NCBI GenBank assembly: GCA_964636285.1
Contig: CAZWQF010000002.1
Location: 9,669-73,668 of the forward strand
Reading direction: 5' to 3'
DNA from: an uncultured Candidatus Saccharibacteria bacterium
GTDB taxonomy: Bacteria > Patescibacteriota > WWE3 > UBA101185 > 2-01-FULL-41-18
DNA: 64,000 nt
The position numbers and the translations under genes were made by a program. Below are positions 61,106 through 64,000 of this stretch, piece by piece. The stretch's first letter is position 1. Each line of letters starts with the position of its first letter. The notes beneath the pieces are model-generated. The model was given only the letters and a program-made list of their open reading frames with translations, was not told the DNA's origin and searched no databases.

Positions 61106-62476
61106 ATGCACTACTTACTACCAAAACTGAAAAACGAGCATGATTTCGAAGAACTAGTCCGTGACCTATATCGCATCAGATATAAAAACCCAAATCTGCA
61201 GTTATATGGTCGAAAAGGCCAAAAGCAACATGGCATTGATATTATTGGAGTCGCTGGCAAAGATAGGGCTACCGATAAGGATGGAGTGATTCAATGCAAA
61301 AACCACACTGCAAACATCTCAGATGCAAAATTATGCTCAGAAATTGACGATGAACTCGCAGCTTTCGACAAATCTAGTTTCAAAGGTGGTGCTTTTACCT
61401 TCGCCACAAGTGCCTTTAGTTCGGCACCAGTCCAGGATCACGTTATAAAGATTAATGCATCCAGATCCAGGAATAAGCAAAATTCTGTCTCACTTATTTT
61501 CTGGGAAGAAATAAGCCAAGAGACTGTGAGCAATCAAGCTCTTCTTCACAAGTACTATGGCGATCAACTGTCGGTTGCACCACCTGTAAAATTTATTGTT
61601 CCTGACGCTGGTGGAACGACGCGCACAACACACATGGTCAAATTGAGCGACCTCGAAGACCAAACAAAGACGCCAATGCTTTTGACAGACCTCAAAGCGA
61701 CATGCCTAGCCAATATCGGCAATATTCGTAAAACGGACCCTTACAACTTGTACCTGGGAATATCAACGCATAGCGATGTGAATTTTAACTCACGGGTTGA
61801 TTTGCATGTTGACGCTTCAGAATTCTTTTCTGACATGGATGATTTGGATATTAAGTACAAACACATTGTTGCAGGACTTGTAAGTCTTTCCTCAGTCTTG
61901 GGAGACCCCTTCTTTTCCAAAAGAATTGTCATTACCTCAGATATTGAATCTAACCTTGCACTAATGGTTGGTAAAGTTTTTAGAAAACATCGATTTGAGA
62001 TCGACATACTATTCAAAGAGGTTTATCTAACCTCGAAAAAGGATGAATTGGCCTATTACCCATCACTAATCGATGAAACTTTCTTACTCACCCAAACATC
62101 AGTCGATGTCGTTCCCGAAGACCTTGTTTTCGTTGTAAATATGGCGCTACGAACAGACATTACAAAAGATGTTATGGGGTATGCGAAAACTTACATACCT
62201 AACGCAGTATTTCGGTTTTATGGACTTAGTAATGGAAATGCTGTGGTGCATTCAGCGCATGCAAGCTCAATCGCAGAAGATATTGGAGCGAAACTGCACA
62301 ACTTTCAGGGCCTGGGGCTAAAACGTATACATATCTTCATGGCAACTCCCAAACCACTCGCAATGTTGATTGGACATAAGATCAATACCCTTAACACAGA
62401 ATTGCATTTGTACTTTAGAAGTTCTGATAGGAGTACCTATCTTAAAACGGGAGTATTGAAAAACAATACTTTTTGA
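61106..62476 (+). CDS. CBASS effector: PD-(D/E)xK (Mrr-like) nuclease + SAVED (Cap4-like)
   Basis: DFEELV..L, YGRKGQKQHGIDI...IQCK; C-terminal RIHIFMATPKPLAMLIG SAVED signature; ATG 61106 preferred. Confidence 0.82.
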   Translation: MHYLLPKLKNEHDFEELVRDLYRIRYKNPNLQLYGRKGQKQHGIDIIGVAGKDRATDKDGVIQCKNHTANISDAKLCSEIDDELAAFDKSSFKGGAFTFATSAFSSAPVQDHVIKINASRSRNKQNSVSLIFWEEISQETVSNQALLHKYYGDQLSVAPPVKFIVPDAGGTTRTTHMVKLSDLEDQTKTPMLLTDLKATCLANIGNIRKTDPYNLYLGISTHSDVNFNSRVDLHVDASEFFSDMDDLDIKYKHIVAGLVSLSSVLGDPFFSKRIVITSDIESNLALMVGKVFRKHRFEIDILFKEVYLTSKKDELAYYPSLIDETFLLTQTSVDVVPEDLVFVVNMALRTDITKDVMGYAKTYIPNAVFRFYGLSNGNAVVHSAHASSIAEDIGAKLHNFQGLGLKRIHIFMATPKPLAMLIGHKINTLNTELHLYFRSSDRSTYLKTGVLKNNTF

Positions 62477-62488
62477 AGAGAAAACCTT

Positions 62489-63856
62489 ATGACAATAAAT
62501 AATTACTTTGATAAGTTTTTGGAAAACATCGAACCTAATAAGAAATATAAGGATTATGCTATAGCGGCGCATACGAAAGTTAGGGAATACCTTGAGAGTG
62601 AGGACTCACAATTTTCTGCATTCGTAAATACCAGTTTTCTATACGGCTCCTACGCAAGGTTTACCGCAGAAGGAAACATAAAAGATGTCGATATCTGCTT
62701 GATAGTAAATTTCGATCACACGAAAGCAGAAAATAGCCCAAGCAAGGTTTTGCCAAAGTTAAAAGCTGCACTTACTCGGCTTTACAAAGATCCAGGAGCT
62801 ACAGATTATCAACGGAAATCAATACAAGTCCTCGAACCATTGCCTGAGGACAAAGAAACGGAACTTACATTAGATATTATCCCGGCCATTCTTACTGGAT
62901 CTGATCAAGAAAAGCTCCTTGTACCTGACACTGAAAACGACACTTGGGTCTATACCCACCCGAAGGCGCACCTAGAATATACATCCACCATGAACGACGA
63001 CAAACATGGAAAAGGCATGTTCGTTCCACTTGTGAAAATAATGAAACACTGGTGGAAATTTCAATCAGAAGATGAAAAAGCAAAACCAAAGGGTTTTTGG
63101 TTAGAGATGCTTACAGGAGATGTATTTGACCCTAGTAAAAAAACCTATGCTGAGCATTTCGTGACTGTGCTACAAGGAATAAGTAAGAAGTTTTTCAATT
63201 ACGAAAACATGACTGAAGTTCCGGCTATAGACGATGTTGGATTACCTGGGGAAACACTAAAAACTAGTATGACACTGGGAGAGTTTGTGCATTTTATGGA
63301 TGCAGTGAACGATACCTTAGCAATTGCTCAAGAGGCACTTGGATCAACAAACATAGATGCATCGATACATTTATGGAATGCCGTATTCGGTGACGAATTT
63401 CCGAAGTCTGAAAAAAGTACGACGTTTGATCTTTCCAAAATTGTCGAGTTCATTGGTCTATTCATTGCCCCAAATGAACAATATTTAAAAAGAGATTTTG
63501 GAATTTCTTTTGAAGACCACGATTACACTGTAAAGATAGACGCAACAGCCACTCAGAACGGATTCCGGCCTACTCTTATAAGCAGAGTGCCCCTGATTAA
63601 GAAAAAGGCTGAATTAGTTTTTGGGATTACCAAGTGTAATGTGCCGGAACCATATTCGGTAATGTGGAAAGTAAAGAATACTGGAAAAGAAGCGACGAGA
63701 ATCGGTCAACAAAGAGGAGAGATTACACATGACCGTGGCAAACGGAAAAAAGTTGAATCAACTTTATATACAGGTACACATTTTGTGGAATGCTACATTA
63801 TAGATAGCCGAAAAGTGTGCGTGGGGTGGGATAGGGTAAAAGTCCGAATTCCTTAG
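62489..63856 (+). CDS. CBASS CD-NTase (SMODS) with C-terminal AGS-C domain
   Basis: FLYGSYAR.T...DVD, LDIIPA, VKIMKHW; C-terminal WKVKNTG.EA...RGEI...ESTLYTGTHFVECY. Confidence 0.88.
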   Translation: MTINNYFDKFLENIEPNKKYKDYAIAAHTKVREYLESEDSQFSAFVNTSFLYGSYARFTAEGNIKDVDICLIVNFDHTKAENSPSKVLPKLKAALTRLYKDPGATDYQRKSIQVLEPLPEDKETELTLDIIPAILTGSDQEKLLVPDTENDTWVYTHPKAHLEYTSTMNDDKHGKGMFVPLVKIMKHWWKFQSEDEKAKPKGFWLEMLTGDVFDPSKKTYAEHFVTVLQGISKKFFNYENMTEVPAIDDVGLPGETLKTSMTLGEFVHFMDAVNDTLAIAQEALGSTNIDASIHLWNAVFGDEFPKSEKSTTFDLSKIVEFIGLFIAPNEQYLKRDFGISFEDHDYTVKIDATATQNGFRPTLISRVPLIKKKAELVFGITKCNVPEPYSVMWKVKNTGKEATRIGQQRGEITHDRGKRKKVESTLYTGTHFVECYIIDSRKVCVGWDRVKVRIP

Positions 63857-64000
63857 TTTTTCCATTTTCGATCTATGTTTCAAGCTATGTAATTTCACTA
63901 TAAGTACGCCTATTGATATATCCAATGTTACAACCAAGTTTGGGGGAGATCACGCTCCCAAAGACTAAATGCTTATCTAACTGCAAAAAAAGGCAAATTT

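Noticed and set aside
63857-64000. attR copy of the tRNA-Gly 3' end
   Set aside because: Only a short CGCTCC match near 63953; too short, so the element probably continues past the window

Overview
AT-rich bacterial chromosome segment using the standard genetic code. Gene content (split PolA, PolX-PHP, LemA, Patescibacteria-style VirB4/VirD4/pilin genes, many ORFans, few biosynthetic genes) suggests a Candidate Phyla Radiation/Patescibacteria genome; this is inference. Three blocks. (1) About 1-11.6 kb: surface-glycan locus with GT2/GT4 glycosyltransferases, DUF2206/DUF1616-like membrane proteins, a flippase and an alginate-lyase-like protein, plus an exosortase/archaeosortase next to a tiny VPEF-CTERM-type substrate. 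(2) About 11.7-41 kb: housekeeping and ORFan genes (tRNA-Glu/Lys/Asp/Gly, ABC-F, MFS, yvcK, rplS, ClpE-like ATPase, Klenow-type polA, gatCAB, lemA, polX). Many have a -10 hexamer 6-7 nt before the start codon, suggesting leaderless mRNAs. (3) From tRNA-Gly(CCC) at about 41 kb to the window end: an integrative conjugative element. It has a large serine recombinase overlapping the tRNA 3' end, VirD4, a Replic_Relax-like protein, pilin/VirB6/PrgI/VirB4/M23 genes, cargo genes and a defence island. The island comprises a C-protein-like HTH plus HNH endonuclease, two C5 methyltransferases, a self-cleaving LexA-like repressor and a divergent CBASS (nuclease-SAVED effector plus CD-NTase-AGS-C). All family calls come from motifs recognised by eye; no searches were run.
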